A stretch of DNA of 64,000 bases. It comes from Camelus ferus. Lineage: Eukaryota. Below the pieces are notes generated by a model. The model ran no database searches. It was given only the letters and a program-made list of their open reading frames with translations, and was not told where the DNA came from. The DNA lies in contig NC_045697.1 of assembly GCF_009834535.1 (NCBI RefSeq), forward strand, positions 81,904,001-81,968,000. The letters run 5' to 3'. Of the stretch, positions 1 to 12,780 are shown piece after piece (the first letter of the stretch is position 1; each line of letters opens with the position of its first letter). The position numbers were made by a program, and so were the translations under genes.

Positions 1-2779
1 CAAGCAATATGATACACTGATATTTAAAACATTGAGTGAAGAACGTCAAACATAAAGTGGAAAAATAGTTATGCAACAATATTTTTAAATGATATCGAAG
101 GTATATCAAAGAACAACAACACAATAACATTTATGAATCTCAGAATGCTTATGAAGTTGGAAGAAATAGGTATATGACAAAGCAGTGATAATACACATAA
201 TACACTCTAATAAAATAGTAAGATAAGGGTAATTTTTTAAATTGTAGGAACAAAGAATGAGCCATTTTAAAAAAATCCTATACACTCTCATAAAAGTTTT
301 ATAAGCAATTTAAATGTTTTATTATAAAGTCCCAAGATGTATTACCAAGGTTTTATTCTTGAAAAATAAATCTTTAAAAATGAAATACATTTTTAGTAAA
401 ACTATCTGAAACAGTAAAATATGGAAGTCTATTAGTAAAAATATATTTTATGAGAACAGTAGAAGTAGTTAAAAATATGATAAGAAATCAAAAGAAAGGT
501 TGAAAAAGATTATTTTGTCCACTAAGAGAGCCTCCAGATTAAGTCTATATGAAGTGTTTTAAAAAGTTTATAGCGATTAATAGTGGCTCAGAATAGATTT
601 CAGGGGATGAACGGAAGCCTAGCTGAAGCTTTTTGGTATTTTGTTATATTAAAGTGAAAGAGTATGAATTTAATCATAAATTTAGTTTATGTTTCTTTAC
701 CAATAAAGATTGCATTTCACATTTTATATACACCAATTAAATTGTGAAGAAATACTGTTATGTAGGAGATAAATTTGAGATAGTATCCTTAATTCTATTA
801 TTTACAAATTATATTTAAGTTTGTGTTAATGATTAAGAATATATGTTGCATATACTTGAACCTAGCCACACAAATGTTTGATTAATCTTGGTTTAAATTA
901 TTCTTTGTTATTTTTAATAAATACTCTATGCTCAAGTTTCATATTAAATTTCACCTATTGTTTGCTTTTACAATGCTAGAAACATTTGCAAAATATTTCG
1001 ATATTTCTATGAAATCAGAAGAATAATTATTAGTAAAACCTAAGGCTCTGGAATATTCACAAAATAATTTGTCCCTGTACTAAATCATAGCTATGTTATC
1101 TTAGTGACTTTCATTAGGGAATTTGTTTATTTTATTGTGTTTCTACCAGTTGGAATTTAGTGATGAGTTATTTTATTTCAACATGAAATATTAAAATCTA
1201 AGTATGCTATCAGCAATATTGCAATTAAATTCTAGAAACTGTTTTATACTGAAAAGTTTAGTACAAAATAGTTCAAGCAAAATTTCTGTCCCCCTTTTAT
1301 GAGGGAGAAAAAAGGAAAGAATTCTCCCTTAGAAGAGTGTCTATTTCTTACATAGCACAGATTCAATTCACTGTTTTCCTTTGTGGTGTGGTGTTGGGGG
1401 CAGATAAACATAAGTTATATTTTGATATAGAAAAAAAGACGTTATAAGGGATCTATTCAATAGAGCAAGTGACTGATGTCCACGTGCATTAAAATTCAAA
1501 CTGTAGCTGACAACATGAAAACATGTTGTCATAAAAGTTTCATAAATGTTTTCTGTACTCACTATATTTACACGTCATAGAGTTTACTTCCATGCATCAT
1601 AGGTGCCAATGCTTCTTTCAGATAGACAGGTGTTTCCTGTGTGTTCTTTCTGATACATAAAGTCTCAGACTGGAAATACTCATTCTATTAACCTATGAAA
1701 TTAATTTTGCTTTTGCAAATGAATTTCATTAGTTTAGAATCACCATGGGATATATGAAGATTAGCTTTATTGACTGTGATTTTAAAAATAATAGAAGATG
1801 GAACTCTAATCATTTCTTATTAACACAACTGACTGAACATCTTAACAATGTGAAAAAAAGGATCTTTATTGATTTACTTTACAGTTCTCCAGACCAAAGA
1901 ATTTTTTTAAAATATAGTGACTATATTTTAAAATCACTACTACCAAAATATTAACTTGAAGATGAGCTGAAAACTCATGACATTGTATAAATTTAATTTT
2001 ATTGAAATGAATTGACTGTAACATTTATATACACTGTTTATTACCAAAGCAAGTATTTTAATATTATTTATTTATTGGCTTATATTTTGACTTTTTAATT
2101 GACTTGTTTATGTATTAAATTTACATTTTATTATGGTATATCTTTGGATGTTCTTCTGTCATACCATAATAATTTGTGATTAGTTGTGTACTTTAAAAAT
2201 ATGGCTATAATTTTAAGTTTTAAGGCAATCTATATGAAAATGAAAGGCAACTTTAGTGTTATTTATTTTCATTGTAGAAGAGAAAATCTTGAATCTGGGT
2301 TTAATAATATTATCTATGCATTTCTTTTTTAACAAAATGAGCTCTACATATCAATAATAATTTTTATAATTCTCCAAATAATCCAAATATTCCACAGAGT
2401 AATAGAGAATAAGATACATGATGTAGATATTAACCAGTCTTACCAAGTACTACATTTGATAGCAAGCAAAATGACTTACTCATTTCTGCCAAATGTATAC
2501 TATTATGTCATATAGTTCAGTGTTTCAATCTTCATGAATTAACTCTTTTACTTGACACATTTAATTATGATTATTTATTCAGTTCATAGAATAAATTAGT
2601 TAGATAACAGCTAAAATTCTGATTTCATGAGGCTTACAACATAATCCCAATAAAGCTATTAATAAAATAGTTATATGAGTAAGTACATTTTACCAACTTT
2701 TATAACTATTTTCAAAGGAAGATACCAGTTGCTAATTCTCTAAGCTGTAACTAGAGGAATTAACTTGCCTATGAGATAC

Positions 2780-3525
2780 CAAATAGCATTTAGAAAGATA
2801 TGATGTAAATTAAATCCAGCAATATATCAGAGGCATATATGACATGGATAATTGGAGTTGCATCAGAAATGCAGTTTGGTTTAACATCTGAAAAGTAATC
2901 AGTGCAGTTCAACATGTTAAAAAATTGTTAGAAAGAAGTAAGATTATCACAGTAGTTTCATAAAAATTATTTGGCACAATTTAATACCTATTGATGCTGA
3001 AACTATGAATAAAATGAAATCTCAAGCTGATAAAGGAGATGTACAAATCTCTTAATGTTAATATTATACTAGGAATAGCCTGAATGATTTCTCTAAAATC
3101 AAAAAAAGTAAAAATGTTTACACTTAGCACTGCCATACATCATTTATTGAGATCCTAGCCAGAATGGTAATAATGCAAAAAAAGTAACACCTTCATGTAG
3201 AGTTGGAATGAAAACATAAAACTCTCTTCCTAAGCAGATCATATGACTGTGTATGTAGAAAATGTCTAATATCCCACAAAACAGCTTCTAGAAATAACAG
3301 AATTTAACAAGACTACAAAGTATAAGGTCAAAATAGAGAAAAATAATTATATTTCCATACTGTAAACAAATGATTTCAAACTAAAATTTAAAAAGACAGT
3401 CTTTCAATACACTATCACATCCGAAAGCAGGAAATGATTAAGGTTACATATAATAAAATATAGAGAAAATCTTTACAATAAGAGGTCCAAATGTCACAAA
3501 GAGAAATTAAAGAAGACCTCCATAT
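2780..3525 (+). mobile_element. Old, highly diverged LINE-1 ORF2 fragment (RT region)
   Basis: Degenerate matches to L1 ORF2, e.g. 'gaaatgcagtttggtttaacatctgaaaagtaatcagtg', 'gatcctagccaga', 'aagagaaattaaagaagacct'. No open frame. Confidence 0.7.
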
Positions 3526-4738
3526 AAACGAAGTAGACAAACCTCAAGCTAGGCTTACCAAGAAAAAAAGAGAGAGAACTGAAATAAATAAAATAAAAAA
3601 TGAGAGATGACATTACAACTGATGCTGCAAAATTACAAAGGGTAAGTGACTAATATGAACAATTGTGCACCAAAAATTTGGATAAGCTAGAAATGTATAT
3701 ACATTTCTAGAAACATCTAACTTACCAAGACCAGGTTATGAAAAAACAGAAAATTTAAACAGAAAAGTTACTAGTAAGGAGAGTGAATTACTAATCAGAA
3801 ACCTCCCAACAAGGAAAAATTCAGGACCAGGTGGCTTCATTAGTAAATTCTACCAAACATTTTAAGAGGAATTAATATTAACTTCTCAAACATTTCCAAA
3901 AGAAGAGTAAGGAACCCTCTTTCAAAATCATTTTATGCGGCCAGTGTTACCCTGACAGAAACCAGACAAGGACACCACAAGAAAAGAAAATTACAAGCCA
4001 ATGCCCTGAAGAGATGCAAATATCCTCAACAAAATATTAGCAAACTGAATTCAACAATAAAATAAAGGGATTGTACATCATGATCAATTGGGATTTATTC
4101 CAGGGATACCATGATGATTCAACAGTGATAAGTCAATCAATGTGATATACCACATTAACAAATTGAAGGATAGAAATCATACAGTCATCTCAATAGATGA
4201 AGAAAAAGCGTTGAACAAAATTCAAGGTCCATTTATGATTAAAAAAAACAAAACGCTCAACAAAGTGATATAAAGGAACATACCTCAACATACTAAAGGC
4301 CATATATGATGAGCTCATTGCTAGCATCATACTCAATGGTGAAAAGCCAAAAGCTTTTCTTCTAAGATCAGGAACAAGGCAAGAATGCTCACTCTCGCCA
4401 CTTCTATTAAAAATAGTATTGGAAGTACTAACCAGAGCAATTAGATGAGAAAAAGAAATAAAGGGCATCCAAATCATAAAAGGAAGAAGTAAAACAGTTG
4501 CTATTTGCAGATACCAAAATATTATATATAAAAAACCCTAAAGTCTCCACCAAAAAAACTGTTAAAACTAATAAGCAAATTCAGAAATTTGGAGAATATC
4601 ACATTAATGTACAAAAATCAGTTTTACTTCGATGTACTGATAACGGACCATCAGAAACAGAAGTTAGGAAAACAATCTCATTTACAATTTTGTCAAAAAG
4701 AATAAAATCCCTCAGAATAAATTTAGCCAGGGAAGTGA
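3526..4738 (+). mobile_element. LINE-1 ORF2 fragment (pre-RT and reverse transcriptase domain), pseudogenised
   Basis: Translates in pieces to L1 ORF2 motifs [57 protein letters not shown] and LFADT (catalytic FADD mutated; ORF 4498-4836). Frameshifts and stops are present. Confidence 0.95.
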
Positions 4739-4739
4739 G

Positions 4740-4960
4740 TGAAAGAAAACCAGTGGCCTCTAGAAGTTGGAAAAGGCCATGTAATGGATTCTCTGTTAGG
4801 GTCTACAGAAAGAAACACACCCTTTTGGACACCTGAATTTTAGTTCAGTGAAGCCCATATTGCACTTCTGAACTACAGAACTGTAAGATAATTAATTTGT
4901 ACTGTTTAAGCTCCGAAATTTGTGGTAATTTTTTGCAGCATCAATAGAAAGCCAACACAG
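4740..4960 (+). mobile_element. MaLR MLT1 (MLT1C/D-like) LTR, 3' half
   Basis: 'ggcctctagaagttggaaaaggcc...gaactacagaactgtaagataattaatttgtactgtttaagc...aatttgtggtaatttt...gcagcatcaatagaaagccaacaca' follows the MLT1 3' consensus. Confidence 0.85.
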
Positions 4961-5486
4961 ATATTTTGGCTTGGTACAAAACTTTAACTTGACCAATACT
5001 TTCTGTTCCTTGAATATAATTTTCCTTCTTGAATTTAGACAGTAAGTTGTGTACTGATTGTTCAGATCAAATGTGTGTTTGCTCTCGCTAATTTTAAGAT
5101 TTTCATTTTGTCTTTCTACTTGTCTGCATTTTTTGCTACAATTTTCTCTTTTCTCAGCTATGCTCTCTCTCTTTGGTTCCTTTATTTCATTCATTCTTTA
5201 AAAAAAAAAAAGCTTAACCACTAACTCTTAATAGTTTCTCTAACTCTCTTTTCTATATATGTTTTTCTAGGAACCCATTTAGACATTTGTTAGAACTTCT
5301 CATTCTGCCCTCCACTTCACTTTTTCCTATTTTTTAAAAAAAATTTCTGCAATGCATTCTGCTTTATTTCTTCAAGTCCAGTACAGGTTCACTAATTCTC
5401 TTGAAAGGTTTTATTTCATAGATTATAATTTTTAGAAAACTTGGGGTGGTGTACTTTGATACATCTTTAATTTAGAAAAGTATTTG

Positions 5487-5580
5487 AATATATGTATATT
5501 TATGTATAACTGAGGGATTGTGCTCTACACTGGAATTTGACACAACATTGTAGGATGACTATAACTCAATAAAAAATGTT

Positions 5581-5604
<24 letters not shown>
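5487..5604 (+). mobile_element. Short 5'-truncated young L1 3' end with poly(A) and TSD
   Basis: 'tgtgctctacactggaatttgacacaacattgtaggatgactataactcaataaaaaa' plus A-tail. TSD agaaaagtatt(t/c)g at 5474-5486 and 5605-5617. Confidence 0.9.
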
Positions 5605-5611
<7 letters not shown>

Positions 5612-6603
5612 TATTCGTGTCTATTTCACTACAGCCTAGGAATGATGGCAACCTGATAGGCCTCCAGGTGCTTTTCATTTTCCACTGGCTTAACTGGGGC
5701 AAATGCAGGTCAGCTTCCCTACCCAGCCTGGCAGTGTGCTCTTTGTTGTTTAATTGTTCTGTTTGTTTGCAGTTTTTTTTTTTTCTTCTCTTGGCTAGAC
5801 ATGTGTATCAAATTCTATTTGTTTTGTAGTCAGTGTTCATAATGCTTTATATAAATATTATAATATTTAAATAAAGAATATTTATACTCAGAGAAGTTAA
5901 ATTTTACTAAGGTTAAGAGCTTAGGTGTGGATAAATTTGAGAGATGAATAAAAACAAAGTAATTAATAGATGCAACTTTTCAGAAAACTTTCATTCTTAC
6001 TGAATTTTGCAGATCTCAGGTTTCCTTTCAATTTTTTTCTAGGCTCTATGGGTGATTGAACCAGAAATAGAACCAAATCCAGCCCTCAAGAATTTTCCAA
6101 GGTATGTAAGTGAAATTTATATTATAAACTTGTTTGTGAGTGTGTTTTAAGCAAATGTAGTGTTACATGAATAATTTGTGTCATTAGCATTGCGGAGAAA
6201 CATCCCTGAGATCTAAAAAATTCTAAATGTACAATACAGTCAACATTTCCAAATTTAACTTCCTGTGTATTTAGGAATGATGTACATGTCAATCTTATTT
6301 AAAGGAGGAAAGCAAAATGAGAAAATACCAAAGGGCCTTAATCATTATTATAAAATATTGTATCTCCTGTTCAGCTTAAAATTGTCACCACATAATGCAT
6401 GTGTTGCAGAATATGAATGTTTCTGTCATTTTTAATATGGTTAATGTGGAAACCTTAACTTTGTGGTTTGCTTTTGTGTTGATTATTTGGATGGGGGAAA
6501 GGTAAGCATTGGTCTTTCATCTTGCCTGCTGGAATATTGGAACTTTCAGCCTTTCTATCTTTAAGAAAAAAAGGACATTTAAAAAAATTATATTGACTCA
6601 AGG

Positions 6604-7216
6604 TGTTACCAGGAGGAGGGAAATAAGAGTTACCTCAGTTCTTAAGTCACCTGAAAAAAAATGAATTTTTAACAAGAGACAGAAAGTGTGATATAAATGA
6701 GATTTTACTAGTAAAGTTAAAAGGTAGTAAAATATAGTAGACTCCCGAGAATTGGGAGCGGACCAACCCAAGAGAGGAAAAATGGTGCCGCTCCTTTGTT
6801 TTTCCTGTTTTTATACCCTGGCTTAGAGGGTGTTTTCATGACTGACTGATTCACGGCTCAGGTTCTTTGAGTGCTCAGGCTGATTGACAGCTCAGGTTCC
6901 TTGTGCTCAGGCACGCCCATCTCTTTTAGGAGTGTTCTTACCCATGATGCACACAGAGAAACCTATGAGAAGGGCCTCAGACTGTAATATTACTTATATT
7001 ATAATGAGCATTAGGTCAGGTTGAGCTAGGTCCTTCTCTCTTTTGTGCAGCTGCAGTGTTGGATCCTAGCCAGCTTCTTTGCTGACCCTCATTTAGAGAA
7101 AGTAAACATTTTTGGAGCCCCTTATCTTGAGTATAGGCATGCTGTTATTTTCACAGTTTCTCCTTTTCCCTTCCTCCCCACTCCCCGGTGCTCATTTCTA
7201 TCTTAACTGCCTAACA
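6604..7216 (-). mobile_element. ERV1-class solo LTR (613 bp)
   Basis: TG...CA termini with inverted TGTTA/TAACA ends. Perfect 4-bp TSD AAGG (6600-6603 and 7217-7220). Minus-strand TATAAAA near 6810 and AGTAAA-type poly(A) signal near 6705. Confidence 0.88.
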
Positions 7217-7748
7217 AAGGTATAAAATAAAAGTGGATTTTGTTTTCCATGGTGGAAAGATAAAGAGGGTGTTGAAAGAAAAGTATTGAAAGTTATTTGC
7301 TAGGGAAGCCTGGAAGCTAATTCTAGAGAAGTGAGTCAATACGAGAATGAGTAAACCCAGGAAATGACCAGAGGGCAAGAGGAGTTGAGTCCTTTTCTGC
7401 AGACCGATAAGACTGCATTTACATGAGAGAACCCCATTTCCTCCCACTGGCATAAAAAAAAGGCCTTGTGGCTTCTGTGTTCTACTCATTAGTCACCCAC
7501 CATGTCACACGATTTACTGTGAATTCCAGTTAATTATCTCATTTTTAGAGTTGGAACCCCTACTATAGTAGAAATGGCATTTATGAGAAGATGTAAGTAT
7601 TTAAAAAGTAGCAGCTTATCTGTTTTGTGCTACTTAAGGGGGAAATGCAATAATGAAATTAGACAAGAATAGAGCATTTATAAGAACTGTTTTCTTTTTA
7701 ATAACAGTACCTGTTGTTTTTCTATACTGAAAATAATTGCATTTGTTC

Positions 7749-8210
7749 TGCTAACAAAAATATTCATCAGTCGATCTGAAAAAGAAATGGAAAACTTTAT
7801 TTGAGCCAAATTGAGGATTACAACCCAGAAACAGCCTCCCAGAAAGCTCCAAGAACTGTTCTTCCTGTTAGAGGTCAAAGCACAGTTACGTAGGTTTTGA
7901 GACAGAGGGCTATACATGAAATGTAGATAGTTTGTACAATTAAGATCTGTAAGTACAAAGCAGTGGGTTAAACATGAGCCCTTAACAATATCAAGCAGGA
8001 ATGTTATCTTTTAAGGAGCTGTCTTGTTGGTGCAAGGAGAATGTTGGTCTTTATTTTTGAATAGGTATTTCTGCTGATGGAGAATTTTGCTCAGTGCATA
8101 ATGTGGATACACAGTACACAGTATAAAGGAGAAAGGGGGCCAAAGGACAGAGAACATTTTTTTATGTTTACATTTTTGTCTTACTGTAAAATATGAATTT
8201 TTATTTCACA
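7749..8210 (-). mobile_element. ERV1-class solo LTR
   Basis: Starts tg, ends 'ttttatttcaca'. Minus-strand AATAAA near 7797. 'gagccaaattgaggattacaacccagaaacagcctc' is typical of laurasiatherian ERV1 LTRs. TSD not clear. Confidence 0.75.
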
Positions 8211-8414
8211 GTAAAAACATGGTAATTATGGGAGATAAATGTATGCATGTTGTCTTTTATGATTCAAGTTGATTCAAATGAATGTCTTTCATATAGTAAG
8301 CACTCAATAAATTTAGTGTTGTTTGTATCTATTATTAGGCTCCCATATCAAGTGATCTCAAATTTTGGCTTGTATACTTACGTTTCAGGATTAAATATAA
8401 ATCTCATATAGCCC

Positions 8415-8897
8415 TAGCAAAGAAATATTGCATTGGACGAGTTAAACAGGCAAGGACGACTTTGTTCGAGACTGTTACAGTAGGGAAGAGAGAGTGAATT
8501 CAACTCTGCTGAAACAAAAGGTGGGGAGATTTTTAAAAGCTGTGGCGAGCTAGTAAAAAGCTAGTAAAAAACACTGGAAGATGTTACCGCGGAGGCTGGC
8601 CAATGTGATTAGGCCATTTGTGTTTGCTAATCGTCACTTTTTGAAGTTGGTACCCTTATCTCCCATTCTCTGTGGGATTATAGTCCAGAGGGATGGTCCA
8701 CAAGAATGACATTCCCTGGGCTGTAAAAATCTGGCACAGGCTGGGATAAGATGTGCATCTCAAAGGAGAATAAAAAATAATTTACACGTTTTCTAAAACA
8801 AATGCTTTGAGAAAAGGGAAGTCAGACACTTACAGCCAGGAAGAAGCCTGTCTTGAGTTTACTAAAGCTGAGAGAAACAGTAAAGCTGTCTTGGGCA
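8415..8897 (-). mobile_element. ERV LTR (ERV1-like), family not assigned
   Basis: 'aacaggcaaggacgactttgttcgagactg...gaattcaactctgctgaaacaaaagg...gaagaagcctgtcttgagtttactaaagctgag...gtcttgggca' resembles a eutherian LTR consensus in antisense. Confidence 0.7.
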
Positions 8898-8971
8898 GCC
8901 TATATGTACAGAATGTCAAGGGGAGAAACAGTTTCTCCTGAACTATCCTGGGGAAAACAAACAAACAAATA

Positions 8972-8972
<1 letters not shown>

Positions 8973-9007
<35 letters not shown>
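8973..9007 (+). repeat. (AAC)n microsatellite
   Basis: Uninterrupted run of AAC units. Confidence 0.97.
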
Positions 9008-11411
9008 AAACAGGCTTGTTCTTATACTAACTGTAATAGAAATAGCCTGGAATTTAGAATACATTGTGAACATAATTGAAAAATTATGTAGAAAGTAGAA
9101 AAGTAGAAAAATATCATTTACTCTAGATAAAACAAAGTAATACTCACTGAAAAAAAAAGTTTGCCAAATGGAAAAGCCTTTTGGAAATGTAAACATATTG
9201 TTTATCTGTGCTTATTTTTAAAGTTCTTAAAAGTGAAAAGCATAATTCTCTTACATTCCATTATTTGTATTATTGAGTAATAAATGTTACTGGTAAGAGA
9301 GAAATGGTTCAGGAAGCAGTACAAAGTAAACAGAGGAAATATCAAAGTTAAAGCAAGGATTTTTGTGAACTCTGGAGAGCAGATTAATTATGCCTTTGAA
9401 GCATATTCTGTATTCATCTAATGGGCAAAGCTTAATTTAATGATTGCTTAATGTTTATCTAGATAGAGCAATGTGAAGATATTGCAGTAATGAACTATTT
9501 TAAAGTTTTAATGGTAATCTAAGGAACTACGCTGATATCTTTAATAGTTTTGAAATGATTAAATAGAGAATAACACTACATTAAAAGTGATCTGGAAATC
9601 CATGAGGCATGTCCTTAGTAAAGCAATCATCAAGCAAGATGTTTTTCAATAGCAGATGACTGAATGTCAAAATAAAAGGTCAAACTATGCTAGAATTTAA
9701 TTTTAAATATACAACCTTCACTGGAAAGCATATATATCGATGTTAGGAAGTCAAAAACAACTCTAAGTGTAATCAGAAAAGAATGAATATGGACATTAAA
9801 GTCTTCAAATAAATCATTTAGTATAGGAATCATTGTCTTCATATCATAATGGCTTAACACATAGTAAATGGTATGTATTTGTGCTTTTTTAGGTGAATGA
9901 GATAAAAAATTTTAAATATTTAAAAATTATATAACATCAAATATTTTCAATTTTAATCATTTATATTACTGCATTTAATGCACATTTGAGTGAAATTAGA
10001 TTTTTGCTTTGTAATATTACCACTAAAAATGGGGTAAGTGTATTTTCTATAATAAATCAGTAACAAATATAAATAATAATAAATTGAAGAGTATCTCATG
10101 CCTTGGGTTGGAGTAAAGAGTCTGTTTAGTATTATTCATGAAATCATTTTGGAAGTCATAAAGCACTTGATAACGACCCCCTGCAATATTCCCCAAATCC
10201 CACTTTATAACCAGTATTATTAAAGATGGTACTATATGTAAACTCCTCAGAAGGAATAAAAATGTGTCACAGATATTTATCTGCACAATTGATTACAGCC
10301 ATGCTTGTTTAAGACAAAATAGTTTTATAGTAACTTTTAATTAAGTAAAAATAATTGAAAATATAAACATTAATATTTCCAGTAATGAATTATCATGTGG
10401 AATATTCTTCATATGGAATATGAAGTCTCAGCAGACTGCAAGATAGTGTGTTTAAGCTAGTTTCCCTTTTGTACCAAAGAATATTTTTTTAAAGGAAGGC
10501 TCAAACACCCTATTATTATGATAAATATAATCATGACTATCACTGCAAATGATATGTTTTAAAAGGACAATTATTCTTTTCTGGTCTGTTTTAAAAATAC
10601 CACTTTAAGGGCTAAAAGGGTTATATTTCAACATTATTCTTTATCCTTCTCATATTCTTCCTTCACAAGCATACATAATAATTACACTACTTCAATCTTT
10701 TGAGAATATTCATTGCCATGTATGTATTTCTTCTGCAGAATAATATAACCTCACTTAATCAGTATTTCTGACATAGATAGTATACTCCACACTTAAAAGA
10801 AAGAGTTAAAAATTTTATCAAGTTAATATTATTTCTGAAAGTAACTATTCCTGAGTGATAATAACTCTTCGAAGATGTTAAAGAACAGTGAAATGAACAC
10901 TTTTGAACAAAAACAGTTCATACACTTGGAATAATAGTCCTCACTGCCAGCAAGGAAGAGTAATTTTCTTTGTGAGTTATTTGACAATTCAAAACACTAT
11001 TCTCATTATTTACTTGGTTTATTTCACAAAATATTTTAAATTACAGAACAAATTTGACATTAAACTTTGTCTATTCCAATAGAAAACTCAGTCTATCTTA
11101 TGAATAATAGTTATGAAATTATTGAAGTAAAATATTGTTATTGAAATCATTATCATAGTAATGTCAACTAGTTCCACAGTTTTAATTGTTTTAAAGTGAT
11201 TTTTTATGTTATTTAAATTTAATAGCATAGTAACCATTGGAAAATTACATATACAAATATACACAGGAATGACATTTTACACACATGCATAATTACTTTC
11301 ATGTCATACATATTGTTTAGTTTTTTATTTTAGCTACTGTAGTGTCTTTCTCCTATTCTTTGGCTCAGCTAAAGTCCCTTTACTCCCCTGTCTAGTAATT
11401 TTTAAGTCAAT

Positions 11412-12105
11412 TTATTTTTGAGATAACATATAATATTGCTTAAGTTTAAGCAGTATGACATTGATTTGGCACATTTATATTGCAACATGACGGCCACTGT
11501 AGCATTAGCTAACATTTGTGTCATGTTACACAATCATTTCTTCTAATGATGGAAACATTTGAAATCTAACCTCCTAGCAAGTTTAGTGTTTATAATAGTT
11601 TTATTGTCTATAATAACTATACTGTGTATTAGATATCCAGGACTTATTTATCTGGTAATCAAGTGGTTGCTAGTCTGTACCTTTAAACATTTTTCTTATT
11701 CTCTTACCGCTGTTTACTTTGTTTTTTCAAGTTCATTTGTTTTTAATTCCACATGTGAGATATCATAACAGTACTTGTCTTTCTCTGTCTGATTTATCTC
11801 ACTTAGGCCAGTGTCATCAAGGTCTGTCTATATTGTCACAAATGGCAGGATTTCCTTTTTTCTCGTGGCTGAATTGTGTGTGTGTGTGTGTGTCTATTAA
11901 CACATATTCTTTATCTCTTGGTTCATTGATGAACTCAGGTTGTTTCCTTACCTTGACTGCTGTGAATAATGCTACAATAAACATGAGATGCATATATCTT
12001 TGAAATAATCTGTTTTCATTTCCTTTAGATATATAGGGGTTATTGGATCATATAGTAGTTCTATTTTAAATTTTTTAAGGAACTTCCCTTATTGTTCTCC
12101 ATAGT
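11412..12105 (-). mobile_element. LINE-1 3'UTR/ORF2 end (L1MA-type), with internal (GT)n
   Basis: 'ttccacatgtgagatatcataacagtacttgtctttctctgtctgatttatctcacttag', 'tgtgaataatgctacaataaacatgag', 'ggatcatatagtagttctatttt'. Confidence 0.9.
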
Positions 12106-12107
12106 AA

Positions 12108-12780
12108 GTGAACTTCCCTCTCAAAACTGCTTTTTCAACATTCCACAGGTCTTGGTATATTGTTTACATTTTCATTGGTTTCAAGATATTCTTTGATTTC
12201 TCTTTGATTTGATTTCTTTCTTGACTCATTGGTTGTTCAGAAGTGTGTTGCTTAGTTTTCACATATTTGTAGATTTTTCAGCTTTTGTTATGTTGTTGAT
12301 TTCTGGTCTCATACCACTGTGGTCACAAAAGACACTTGGTATGATTTTAATCTTCTTAAATTTGCTAATATTTGTTTTGTGTTTTATCATAAGATCTGTA
12401 TTTGAGAATATTCTATATGCACTTGAGAAGAATGTGCGTTCTGCTGTTGTTGGATAGAATATTCCATAGTTATTTGTTAGTTCCGTTTAGCCTAATACAT
12501 GGTTCAGGTCTGTTGTTTCCTTGTTTTTCTGTCTGGATAATGTATTCATTCTTGAAAGTGAGGTGTTAAAGTTACCTACTATTATTGTATTGTCTATTTC
12601 TCCCTTTATATCTGTTAGTATTTACTTAATACATTTAAGTGCTCTGATATTTTGTGTGTGTGTGTATGTATATATATATATATATGTATATGACTGTTAT
12701 GTCTTCTTGATAGATAGACCCTTTTATTATTATATAATGACCTAATTATCTGTTACTGTTTTTGACTTAAAGTTTGATAT
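12108..12780 (-). mobile_element. LINE-1 ORF2 endonuclease-region fragment
   Basis: 'gatttctggtctcataccactgtggtcacaaaagacacttggtatgatttt...gcacttgagaagaatgtgcgttctgctgttgttggatagaat' is the antisense L1 EN region. Confidence 0.9.

Noticed and set aside
1..870. Very old L1 ORF2 relic
   Set aside because: A-rich strand bias is suggestive, but no motif could be aligned with confidence.
4498..4836. 112-aa ORF as a functional reverse transcriptase
   Set aside because: It is a frameshifted L1 ORF2 piece with FADD mutated to FADT, running into an MLT1 LTR.
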